Below, piece after piece: positions 36,380 through 46,447 of a stretch of DNA of 64,000 nucleotides (positions within the stretch are counted from its first letter, which is position 1; each line of letters opens with the position of its first letter). Position numbers and translations under genes: made by a program. Source of the stretch: Flectonema sp. DT1601. Taxonomy: Eukaryota. The DNA lies in contig OZ025800.1 in assembly GCA_964019425.1 (NCBI GenBank), forward strand, positions 558,001 to 622,000. The letters run 5' to 3'. Below the pieces are notes generated by a model that did no database searches, was not told where the DNA came from, and saw nothing but the letters and a program-made list of their open reading frames with translations.

Positions 36380-36394
36380 TTCTGTACTTTATTG
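36380..36394 (+). other. Spliced-leader 3' remnant TTCTGTACTTTATTG at the 5' end of the retrotransposon
   Basis: 15/15 match to the conserved 3' end of kinetoplastid/diplonemid SL exons as recalled; ends 20 nt before the ORF1 ATG; followed by AT, not the GT of an SL gene intron. Confidence 0.8.
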
Positions 36395-36414
36395 ATTTCC
36401 AATAATTAACAACT

Positions 36415-38136
36415 ATGACATTGGATCCAGGCCTATTTGGCCTGATGCTGGAGAAGATGGTGGGCATGCTCGGTGAGATGCAGAAGGGTTTGAATGTAAA
36501 GGGGGTTACTAAACGCAACGGGGGAGAGAAGCCATCGGTGGATTTATCGCCGATGAATGAGGAATGGACGAGGGTACGTGGTAAGCGGCCCAAGGTAGTG
36601 AAGCGCAAGCCTGAGCCGGCTCAAGCGCTGAATTCGTTTAGTGGACTGAAGGAGGTCCGATGTGATGGGAAGGCAGCAACTAATTTACCGAATGTGCAAG
36701 AGAAGCGGTGGGACTGCCAACTCCGTGATGATGACTGGTCTGTTCCAATAATTTCGATGTCAGGCGTGTTTAACACGTCGATTACGTGTGGTGTGTCACT
36801 GGGCACGGCCTCTGATGTAGATGCGATGATTAAACTCCGACCGGGAACAAACCTCTCGGTAATTTGCAAGAAAAACCCTGGGGGCGGTAAGAAGATACAG
36901 TTCCCGGCGGTGGTAAACGACGGTGTACTGACACATCGGACCGGTTGGATTGTATCAACCGGGAAACCAGCTACCCTCTTCCGTGGAGACGCTCTGACTG
37001 CCGGTGACAATCGAGTGGTATTGTTCCACCACCACGCGCTCCACTCCAACGACAAGGTACCTTCACCTAATGAGTTGTGCAAGAAGGCTTCTGACTACTA
37101 CACAGCAGTCACGAACATGCCCATCGAGCCGCACCTCTTGTGGCCTGCCAACAAGAAGGAATCAGACCCTCATGTTAAGTCTGTGAACATGAGGGTGCCA
37201 GCAGACGCTGTTGACGCCTTGAGAAGGGCAAGTGGGAGTGGTGGGTACTTCTTATCAGTACCGAATTTCGCAGACACAGCACCGTGCAGGTCGTCAATCC
37301 AGCTCACGGTGGATTTTAAGTTAGCCTCATCGCTAGCCGGTGAACTCCGGTTACCTCTGAGGTTCTACCGCCACTCACGCAAGCTGGGGATTGTGTGTCT
37401 GAAGACCGACGAAGATTACGTGCGATCGAAGCTGGGTGAGAATGCACTGCCGCCTCCACCTGAAGGCCTCAAGTTCTGTTTGAGGAGCCGAGCAATTGAT
37501 GCGATGAGTTCGCTGGAAGTAGTGCAGGTCTGTGCTCACCAAGGGTGGGAGATTAACGTCGTTGCTAGGTACAGGAGCAGAAAGGAGCTTCCTAAGATGA
37601 TTGTAGTGGCCAAGGAGAAACCCAAGAGTAACTTCATCATTCTTCGTGATGACATGATCACAATCAAAGAGGTGGGTCTCGGCAAGCAGAATCCCGATAA
37701 GATGGACCTGGACGAGTTTCCTCACCTCTGTCAACCTAACGCTGCGCCATCTGTTGGAATTGATTTATCACCACCGCCTGTTTCTCAGCAAAATCAGCAA
37801 AATCAGCAATATCTGCAGACGCTACAATCGAACAAACAGCAGCTGCCCCTACCGCCTTCGCAGTACAACTGTCAACAATCCGACATTTCTAAATTGGTAT
37901 CGCAGGTTACTGAACTAACGGCTGCTGTGAAGAGTCTACGGCAGGACCTTGCTGAAGAGAGGGATGCGAATAGATGTCTTCGAAAGGAGATTGAGTCCCT
38001 GAATAACGATAAAGGATCGGGTTCTCAGAGGCTGACGGTCTCAAGTAGGCAACGAGCTAACTCTGTTGCTGCTACTAAGTCTGAAATGGCTGACCGTCTT
38101 GACCGGAATGAGAAACGGGACTACTCGAGGAATTAA
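36415..38136 (+). CDS. Retrotransposon ORF1 (gag-like position; Gln-rich linker and C-terminal coiled coil)
   Basis: 573-aa ORF directly upstream of and in frame with ORF2; heptad pattern ISKLVSQVTELTAAVKSLRQDL. Confidence 0.8.
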   Translation: MTLDPGLFGLMLEKMVGMLGEMQKGLNVKGVTKRNGGEKPSVDLSPMNEEWTRVRGKRPKVVKRKPEPAQALNSFSGLKEVRCDGKAATNLPNVQEKRWDCQLRDDDWSVPIISMSGVFNTSITCGVSLGTASDVDAMIKLRPGTNLSVICKKNPGGGKKIQFPAVVNDGVLTHRTGWIVSTGKPATLFRGDALTAGDNRVVLFHHHALHSNDKVPSPNELCKKASDYYTAVTNMPIEPHLLWPANKKESDPHVKSVNMRVPADAVDALRRASGSGGYFLSVPNFADTAPCRSSIQLTVDFKLASSLAGELRLPLRFYRHSRKLGIVCLKTDEDYVRSKLGENALPPPPEGLKFCLRSRAIDAMSSLEVVQVCAHQGWEINVVARYRSRKELPKMIVVAKEKPKSNFIILRDDMITIKEVGLGKQNPDKMDLDEFPHLCQPNAAPSVGIDLSPPPVSQQNQQNQQYLQTLQSNKQQLPLPPSQYNCQQSDISKLVSQVTELTAAVKSLRQDLAEERDANRCLRKEIESLNNDKGSGSQRLTVSSRQRANSVAATKSEMADRLDRNEKRDYSRN

Positions 38137-38160
38137 CAACCACTTCCAATTGACTCTTTA

Positions 38161-41100
38161 TTGGGAAAGACTCCGTCCTTGGAGTACTATTATTCTGTGA
38201 GTGGGCTTCTGGAACTCTATCGTAGTGGTTTTCCGAGACACCCTGGTCCGATGTCTGATATATCGCCGCTGAGAATACTTAGTTGGAATGCGCTGTCGAT
38301 GGTAAAGCACCATGAATCTCTGGTACGGCTCGTTCAATCGGCTAATCCTGACATCCTCCATATTCAAGAAACTTGGCTCACTGATCTGGTTCTTGATGAA
38401 CAGATTCAACTTCAGGGATACACCTGCTTCCGTAGGGACAGAATCAGATTAAATTTTGATGGCAAGGCAAAACGCGGTGGTGGACTGGCGACTTTCTGCA
38501 GGGACTCCCTTGTGGTCAGGAGATTATCGGATCCAACTGAGCGTAATTCACCGTTTGAGGTGTTAGTTGTCGAGGTAATGACAGACATCGGTCCGATTAC
38601 GTCTTCTAATGTGTATATTCCGCAGAATTTCTTGGTGCCGACCTCTGTTGTCTTCGGTGAAGTAGTATGTGGAGATTTCAATGCTCACCATCGGTCGTGG
38701 TCGAGGGTGGTTCCAACAAGTAGTTCGTCGCGAGGTCTGTCAGTTCTTGATTGGATTAACGGAAATGGACTGCAGATTTGCGATGTTCCGCTGGATACAA
38801 GACCTTGTTCAGAGACTTCACCTGATTTGTTTCTTGTCGACAGCAATATTGAGGTGTTGAATGTACACCAATACAGTGCGTCTGATAGTGGGTCCGACCA
38901 CACGCCAATAGTGGTTGACATCTCGGTATATCCGGGCTGCTCACAAATTACCACTCCCGCTCACCGCCGCTGGTTCTACAACAAGTTCGAGGATGAGCAC
39001 TGGGTCTCATTTCGCGTGCTAACTGAAGCGCGAGCTCATCGTTTGGAGGGGATGTCTAATGTGAACAAGCTTGGATGTGAATTTATTAGTCTAATTGAGG
39101 AGGTGGCTATTGAAACGCTTCCAAACAAATGGTTCAAATCTGATACGAAGCGGAGGAAGAAATTACCTAAGCTGAGACCTGATCTTATTGCGAAAATTGG
39201 TTCTTCAAAAGGAGCGGCCTGGGCCTTCGACAAACTGCGGGAACTCAGGGGCGGTCGGTCTAATTCGAAGGAAGTTCCGGTAGCTGCTGATGATTTACTC
39301 GACCATTTCTTTGGTGATTCAAAATCCTCACCGTTATTAGTTCCTGATTCGAAGCCTGCTGATTATGATGACTCAAGCTGTGGTTCTTTTTCGATTCATG
39401 AGTTATACACGGTACTGAAGTCATTGACTCCCTCCCACGGGTCTGGTTTAGATTCTGTTTCTAATAATATGCTGCTTAACTTGGGTCCCCGTATGCTCCT
39501 ACTATTGCTTAGACTCGCCTCGCTATCTTTCAGGAGGGGTATCTTTCCCTCTTGCATGAAAAAGGCCAAGGTGATAATAATTCCGAAGGGAGGGGATCGT
39601 GACCCGCTTCTTCCGTCTTCTTACAGACCAATCTCTTTGACGTCAATTGTTTCGAAGTGCTTGGAGTCGCTTGTAGGTAATCGATGTGAACATTTGTTGG
39701 AGGGGAAGTTGGACCCTAGGCAGTCTGGTTTTACGCCGGGCAGAAATGTAGAAGAGAACATCTCGCTATTGGTGGATGCGGCTTCCGGTGTGCAGAAACT
39801 CTATGATGGTTATGGAGCGATCATCCTCTTTGATATCTCTGGGGCATTCGATAACGTGGATCATCAAATACTCGTTGATAGATTGGTAGCTGTCCTGCCG
39901 GTTCCGTATGTTAAATGGCTTGCGAATTATCTTTCGGATAGAAATGTGAGTCTGTCTCTGGGATTAGATAATGGATCCAGATCGTGTACAAAGGGGGTCC
40001 CTCAAGGATCTGTGCTTGGTCCTCTCTTATTTCGGATCTTTGTCGACTCCCTGCCAGGTCTAATAAGTGATGCTGATCTCAGTGTTCTGTTTGCTGATGA
40101 TCTTGCCGTGTTTCTGCAACATGAGAAGATAGATGGGATCGAAGCGAAGGGCCTGTCCGTCATCTCTCAGATAGAAGGTTGGATGGTTTCCTCTAAGATG
40201 GAGGTAAACATGAAGAAAACAGAGTACGTTGCCTTTGGTAAGCGCATCTCTGGCTCCGATGTCGAATGGAGTAGGGCACCTCGCTTTTACTTCCCATCGT
40301 CTGTTGAAGAGTTACACATGCCTACAGGCTCTGCCGGTGCTCTCACTGAGAAGCTTTCTCCATCAATAGGGGCAGTTCTGGATCTCGCTGATGCTTTGCT
40401 GCCACTGGAGATTGATGGTTACCCGGTGACGAGACGTTCTGACTTTGTCCGACTGGCCTGTGCTCGTAAGAGCAAAGAGTTCAGGCTGAAAGCAGCGATC
40501 CCGCTGAAACGTGTCAGGAGCGCGAAATACCTAGGAGTTATCATTGATGACTCGCTATGCTTCGACGAACAGGTGGATAAGATTGTGAAAACAATTCGAG
40601 CTGGTTGCGGTTTACTCAAAATGTTCTCTGCCTATGAGGTCAAAACTGATACCCTTCGTCAGCTTGTAGATGGTGCAGTGTTATCTCGAGCGTTCTTTGG
40701 ACTAAAGGCCTTTTCTCCCTTTTTGTCTGATGCTCAGATCAAGCGGATCGAAGCGTGCTTGCGTCATCTAAGGATAAGACTCACTGGTTGCTCGTTCTCG
40801 ACGAAGGATGTGGTGCTCACAGTTGAGTCGCGAATTCCACCGCTGCAACAAACGATATCTAGGCTCCTTGCCCTAGTTCATGAAGATTTGCTAAGGCGAC
40901 AACCTGAATGTCCTTCATGGAGGCTGTTTAACGGTGGTGAGAAGAAGAGACCATGGCAGACTAGAGTTGAAGCCTGTTCCTCGGAATTTTCTCTGTCAGA
41001 GCTTAGGTCCCAGAAAGTTCTGCCACATCAGTACCCTCCGTGGTCGAAGCATCCTCCTTTGGTTGTAAACACGTCCTGCGGTTATGACAAGACTGACACA

Positions 41101-42300
41101 CCTGAGGAGAAGTATACTGTGGCGATGACGACCCTCAATGAACTGCCCCCGTGTGTTGCTGAAGTCTACACTGATGCCTCGGTCTTCCATGACGAGGAGC
41201 GGGGATTATTATGTGGGGGGGCTGCTGTTCTGCTAGTTGCTGGCAAGGTCATTGAGAAGCTCTCCAAGTTCCAACCGTCCCTCACGATTTACAATGCAGA
41301 ACAACTAGCACTATTGTCAGCCCTTGAACTACTAGAGGAGAATCTTCATGTTGTTTCGCATGGCGTGATTCATATTTTCAGTGATTGTCAGTCGGCGCTT
41401 GCCTCCCTGCATAGGGGGCCATCCAGGCAGTCATCATCAACAAATCGTGAGATTTTTGAACGCTCAGTGCTTCTTGATAGGCCGTTGATTTTCCAACATG
41501 TCCCATCTCATTGTGGCATTGCAGGGAATGAACTGGCTGATACACTGGCAAAGAAGGCAGCCTTGCAATCAGTTGACCCTGAACTAACTCCGTATGATTT
41601 CAGGATGGCTCAATGTTGTATTAAGAAACAAGCAAATTGGAAGGCTATGGGTACTGTGGACTCTTCGCATTCATACAGCAAAGCGACTCTAGGATCTGGC
41701 CCTCAGCGTTTCCTTCCCTGTCTCACTAGGGGGCAGGAGGTAGAATTGTCTCGTCTGCGAACCTCTCACCACAGGCTTGTAAAGCTACCGAGGGTCACTG
41801 CGGGCTTTAAATGTTGTCTGTTCTGTGGCTTTCAGGATACCTCAACTGAGCATCTGCTGCTTGAATGCGTTGAGACCAGGGAATTAGTAAAGCAAACCAT
41901 GAGATTTCCGACACCTGATGATGAGCTATCTCTGGATATGTTCTTTCGAACCGAATGGCAGCCTTTCACGTTGTTATTGATCAGCAAGCTTGATAATCAT
42001 CTTAAAGAGTTATCTGACAATCCGTTGTTGTTGAAGTTTCCGCTTCAGGGTATTTTTGTGAGGAAGAAACTAATCACACACATCGAAAGGAAGACAAGTT
42101 TCTCGCTACTGGGTTCTGATGTGAAGAAATATGTTATGGAACTTATTGATAACGCTTATAAAGCTACCGATTTAAATGTTGTTATTGACGACCTTTCTAT
42201 GGTTAATGTGCTGGTCAATCCTAGCTGGTCGGAATCCAAGCTTTCTAAGTTCCTCTCTCGCCTAAGTCGCCTCCTGCGAAGTAATCCCCGAGGTAGATAA
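38161..42300 (+). CDS. Retrotransposon ORF2: AP-endonuclease, reverse transcriptase, RNase H and Cys/His motif (first ATG at 38251)
   Basis: APE: LRILSWN, HIQETWL, GDFNAHH, SDHTPI. RT: YRPISLTS, QSGF, FDISGAFD, GVPQGSVLGP, LFADD, KYLG. RNase H: YTDAS, AEQLA, FSDCQSA, HVPSHCGIAGNELAD. C-terminal CLFC..EHLLLEC. Confidence 0.96.
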   Translation: MGKTPSLEYYYSVSGLLELYRSGFPRHPGPMSDISPLRILSWNALSMVKHHESLVRLVQSANPDILHIQETWLTDLVLDEQIQLQGYTCFRRDRIRLNFDGKAKRGGGLATFCRDSLVVRRLSDPTERNSPFEVLVVEVMTDIGPITSSNVYIPQNFLVPTSVVFGEVVCGDFNAHHRSWSRVVPTSSSSRGLSVLDWINGNGLQICDVPLDTRPCSETSPDLFLVDSNIEVLNVHQYSASDSGSDHTPIVVDISVYPGCSQITTPAHRRWFYNKFEDEHWVSFRVLTEARAHRLEGMSNVNKLGCEFISLIEEVAIETLPNKWFKSDTKRRKKLPKLRPDLIAKIGSSKGAAWAFDKLRELRGGRSNSKEVPVAADDLLDHFFGDSKSSPLLVPDSKPADYDDSSCGSFSIHELYTVLKSLTPSHGSGLDSVSNNMLLNLGPRMLLLLLRLASLSFRRGIFPSCMKKAKVIIIPKGGDRDPLLPSSYRPISLTSIVSKCLESLVGNRCEHLLEGKLDPRQSGFTPGRNVEENISLLVDAASGVQKLYDGYGAIILFDISGAFDNVDHQILVDRLVAVLPVPYVKWLANYLSDRNVSLSLGLDNGSRSCTKGVPQGSVLGPLLFRIFVDSLPGLISDADLSVLFADDLAVFLQHEKIDGIEAKGLSVISQIEGWMVSSKMEVNMKKTEYVAFGKRISGSDVEWSRAPRFYFPSSVEELHMPTGSAGALTEKLSPSIGAVLDLADALLPLEIDGYPVTRRSDFVRLACARKSKEFRLKAAIPLKRVRSAKYLGVIIDDSLCFDEQVDKIVKTIRAGCGLLKMFSAYEVKTDTLRQLVDGAVLSRAFFGLKAFSPFLSDAQIKRIEACLRHLRIRLTGCSFSTKDVVLTVESRIPPLQQTISRLLALVHEDLLRRQPECPSWRLFNGGEKKRPWQTRVEACSSEFSLSELRSQKVLPHQYPPWSKHPPLVVNTSCGYDKTDTPEEKYTVAMTTLNELPPCVAEVYTDASVFHDEERGLLCGGAAVLLVAGKVIEKLSKFQPSLTIYNAEQLALLSALELLEENLHVVSHGVIHIFSDCQSALASLHRGPSRQSSSTNREIFERSVLLDRPLIFQHVPSHCGIAGNELADTLAKKAALQSVDPELTPYDFRMAQCCIKKQANWKAMGTVDSSHSYSKATLGSGPQRFLPCLTRGQEVELSRLRTSHHRLVKLPRVTAGFKCCLFCGFQDTSTEHLLLECVETRELVKQTMRFPTPDDELSLDMFFRTEWQPFTLLLISKLDNHLKELSDNPLLLKFPLQGIFVRKKLITHIERKTSFSLLGSDVKKYVMELIDNAYKATDLNVVIDDLSMVNVLVNPSWSESKLSKFLSRLSRLLRSNPRGR

Positions 42301-42943
42301 TGAACGTCTCTTTCCTCTAGTGTAATTTCTTATTTTATTTATTAGTATCATTTCTATTACTTATCATTACTTTATTTCTTATTTTCTGATCTAATGTGGC
42401 GTGTTCTCCCTCTCTTTGGCGAAAATTGGCGTTATCAGCCGTCTCTAACACTGTCTGCTCGCGTGGACGGTGGGTTTAGGTAGTCATTTGTTCCAGGTTA
42501 TTCTACGTCTCTTATCGTCTGTGAGAGTCTCACGGTTGCTGGTAGCGATATAACTGTTACTCTGTGAGCTTTTCCTGGCTTTTGGCTTCCTAGGCTTCGT
42601 AAATAAATAAATAAATAAATAAATAAATTCTATTCCCCTTTGATGTTAGGAAACTGCAGAAATGAATACTTTTCTTTTACTAATCTCTACTTTTCTTATT
42701 CTCACTTTTCTGTTCTAAAATTAATGATACTAACTTTGTTTGATGTCTTTACAATTTATTATTTATTTATTTATTTGTGACATCCTCGTTGGTTTTGCTG
42801 ACACTTAACTTTTAATTCGAAGGTATTGTGTGTATTCTTTTTATATATTTGATTTAGTTAACTATTTTATAATAACTCAAATTATTAATATATCATTTCA
42901 GAACAATTTATTTAATGTTTTTATTATCTTATTTCCTAAAATA

Positions 42944-42979
<36 letters not shown>

Positions 42980-44351
42980 GCGCAAACTCATAAACTAAAC
43001 TACCAGGTCCTGACTGTCATCTTACCTGATCCTTTTGGTTTCATTTCTTGCTGAGTGATATGGCTATGTGCTGCCCAATTTTTTTGTGGTACATTTCTAA
43101 AGCTTTTCGGTAAGCCCACAGTACAATTATAATGCTTTGGACAACTGGGGATGAACGATCCTCGGTACTGTTCCGGGGTTTTCTATTTTCTTTCGTGGAG
43201 TGTGGGCATATGGCACATATGGTTGAATTATTTATCCAAGTTCCCCCCACTCCCAGATCATTTCTCTTTTATTTTCTTTAGTTGTTTACAACCTGTTAAA
43301 GAATACTCATATCGATACTAAAATATGTGGTTTTAATGTCCTCAACAAGATTAACATTGCATAAGAGCGATGGGGTTTCCAGAGTTCTTTTGGATTGAAT
43401 GGCAGCGTTTTACTACTTTTTTGGTTGATAAGCTCGACTCTTTCAGACATCCTAAACTAGTATTCGATGACTGGGTCGCAATCACTATCAAACTAACGTC
43501 AGTGAATGTTATATTTATCTTGGAATGATAACAACTTCGACATAGAATTTACTGATGAAGGCCTAAAAAGGAAAATTAAGGACTTGAATCACTGCCTAAC
43601 TTGCTAAACTCAGCAGAACAATATTATTATATGTTTTCACTTTATCTCATTTTTTCTCAAATGCATTTTCAGTAAAATCTTACGATTGATTTTATATTTT
43701 ATGGAAAACTTGTTTCCAAAGATGTCGCTTCCATAATCACGGTAAGCAAAGATGAAAGTCGCCACCGTTCCTTTTCATGTTAATATATAGTAAGTGAAAA
43801 AGCTTTACTCCGTCGTGTTATATTATTCCCTATAGACAATAATGTTTCTGGGGTCTCTTGTCTTGTCTTTACTAATATTACTAATCGGTTCAGTCTTAAT
43901 ATGTGTGCTGTGAATCAATTGTCATTTTATTATGCCTTTTGCGAAACATTCATTGTTTGTTAACATCAATTTAATCTTAATGACACAGTTGGAATGTCCT
44001 CCGAATTGGATGGGCGTTTTTCACTAAAATAAATTTTGATTATCGAATGTTGAGTGTTTTGTTCAGCTAACTATCTGTTTCATCAATTCATTTATTTTAT
44101 TTGTGGTGGTCTCGCTGATATAGCTGTTGACTGTTTCATTTTCTGATATTGACCTAGGAGACCTATTGCGGTTAGCGGTACGGCCTGATGCAAGAGAAGA
44201 GATCTCCCCTGTCTTTTCCATGCACATCCACCGTGGGAAAATCATAAGCAGATAAATCCTTTCTAACTCACTTTCTGCTGCAGTATTTGGGTCTAGCAAC
44301 CCACCCAACTGATACTCGGTGATTCCTACTAACTAACTCTCTTGCAATTGT

Positions 44352-45845
44352 GGAGTAATTCAGCACCCCGTTGCAGCAATGGACTCGCTCGAAAGCGACA
44401 TAGCAGTTTACGTAAATAAAGCTTACAGAAACACCACTGACGATATTAAACTTCGCTTCAAAAACGTAATTCTTAAGCATCTCCACACCAAACTGAGCCG
44501 AGACCTTTCATTCCTTGACTCCCCGCTGTCAAGCAAAGCTCTCAAAGAACTTTCTTCACTACAAAATTCGATGGTTCTCTTAAAAGTAGACAAAGGACAA
44601 CATGATATTGGTTTCATCTGTAAATCCTTCTACCTGAGTCTCCTCAGCAAACAATTAGGAGGTCCAGCCTATCAACAATTGAAAGCAACAGAGGAAGTCA
44701 CTCTAGCCTTCTTAGCTGAGAATAATAAAATCTTAGGAAACAAGCATGCAGATAGACTACCACATCTCTACGGCATGATTAAATTGCACAAGTCAGCTAT
44801 TGGGATGAGATGGATTTCGGGAGCCTCTTCACTCACAGGAACGGAGAAGCAACGTCAATTAGACAAGGAGCATAAAACGGCACCCTTAACACCCATTAAT
44901 TAGACAAACGATTCCCAATACAATCACATCAATCTTAAGGGGAAGGTCTAATTGGAGGTGAGTGTGGATGGGCATCGCTGAATTTTGTTGCAGACCATCT
45001 TTATCTTGACCGAATTAATTTTAGCTATTTGCAAGAACTACAACAAACATTCTACGAAGAACATCAAAAAGTAGAACTTGGCAGCAACGAGCAAACCATC
45101 CCCGGATGGCTGGTTCTCTTTAACCTTTCTGGGGGTAGCAAGTAAACATAAACTCAACAGGGAAATCCACTAGTATTTAGATCCCAGTTCTATGGACTAC
45201 CCAACAATAGCCGCCGCATTCATTTTAAACAAAGCTGGTGCTAGAATGTCACACTACATAGTGGCCCTTGTCTCCTTCGATTCCATTATTGTTAGAGACA
45301 TTCTCAAAGGAGCGACAGACCGACGATTATCATTCGACCATTTTGACAGACATTTTAAACGCCCAGAATATTGTTTTCACATGATTTTAAGAAAAACTCT
45401 GCAGGGTAATAATAATGATGACGACTGTACCATGGCACCCACGAATGAAGGAATTCTACTCCTCACCAACACTAAGGAAAAGCGCAAGAAAGACGACTAC
45501 AGCTCCGATGAAGGAGAACTCGCACTCGTAATAAAACGAACAGATGTAGAAGAGATAGAACGCTGATCAAAAGCAAATATATGCTAGCCCGTCCTGGCGA
45601 GCTCCGATGGACATTAAGAAATCAGTTATTTTGAAATAGACCTAATTGATGGATCCGATTTATTTAACTGGAATGAAGTCCCTAGAACTTACTGATGAAG
45701 GCCTAAGAGGGACAAGTAGTATAAGATTAAGGCTCCCGAAACTACGTATTCCACAGTGTATTATGGAACAGCAGAACAATGTGTTTTTATAATTTTTCTT
45801 TTTTATATTTTATTTTAGTGCACTTTTTTATAATAAACTCATATT
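44352..45845 (+). mobile_element. Internally deleted/decayed Penelope-like (PLE) retroelement remnant with ~19-bp TSD
   Basis: ORF 44379-44903 has VLLKVDKG..IGFICKSFY and LPHLYGMIKLHKS..MRWISG, resembling the PLE RT N-terminus. Flanks are ctaactctcttgcaattgt (44333-44351) and ctaactctcttataattgt (45846-45864); empty site at ~25155. Confidence 0.75.
45669..45755 (+). ncRNA. Hammerhead-ribozyme-like motif in the PLE 3' region
   Basis: CTGATGA (45692-45698) and GAAAC-TAC-GTA (45738-45748) with an imperfect stem aggcctaa/ttaaggct; stem I is not canonical. Confidence 0.35.
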
Positions 45846-46447
45846 CTAACTCTCTTATAATTGTTCGTGTGTTTCTTCATTGCAGAAGTGTAATGATACC
45901 ATTATACCTTCGGCTTTAGTTGACGGGTAAAATGAATTGTAACTTCCTTAATTCACTTCTCATCAATTCATCAGAATAAAGACAATGATGGTCGAAGTGT
46001 TTGTTCTTAGCGTTGTGGTTATATGAAAAAGTTAAAAGAGAGCAACAAGGAGAAGATGTATTTATTATTAGGACACTATTTAACACACACTAGTGCACTC
46101 GAGCAACTACTCAGTTGTGATCATGTTGTGATAACATTTTATATTCATTCCCTTATCAGAAGCTGCAACCCTTGCCTAAACTAATATGATACCACTTTGG
46201 TAAGTATTCAAATGGAGAGCTCAGATGGATTTGAATCTATACTGGTGTAGGGCGATGTATTTAAAAAAGTGTTGCTTTAATTTCACTTCGGAATCTTAGT
46301 TTTCTTTCTAAACATCAACATCATCAATGGTCGAGGTGATTGAACTGAATCTGTTTATGGTGAGCTACTAATTCTTTTTGTTTTTGAGAGCTGGCAAATA
46401 CCAAATATGAAAACCTTCCTTTCCCCTCTCCAGTTTCTCCAGTTGGG

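Larger units (their letters stand above)
36380..42627 (+). mobile_element. Apparently full-length APE-type non-LTR retrotransposon with RNase H (I/Ingi-like group)
   Basis: Two intact ORFs; ~300-nt 3' UTR; (TAAA)7 tail at 42600-42627; possible short TSD TATTC (36378-36382 and 42631-42635); GC-richer than the flanks. Confidence 0.93.

Noticed and set aside
36380..36420. SL RNA gene
   Set aside because: No 5' part of the SL exon, no GT donor after TTG, and no tandem SL repeat.
38152..38163. gactctttattg as a second SL remnant before ORF2
   Set aside because: Only 8 contiguous matching bases in AT-rich sequence; chance is likely.
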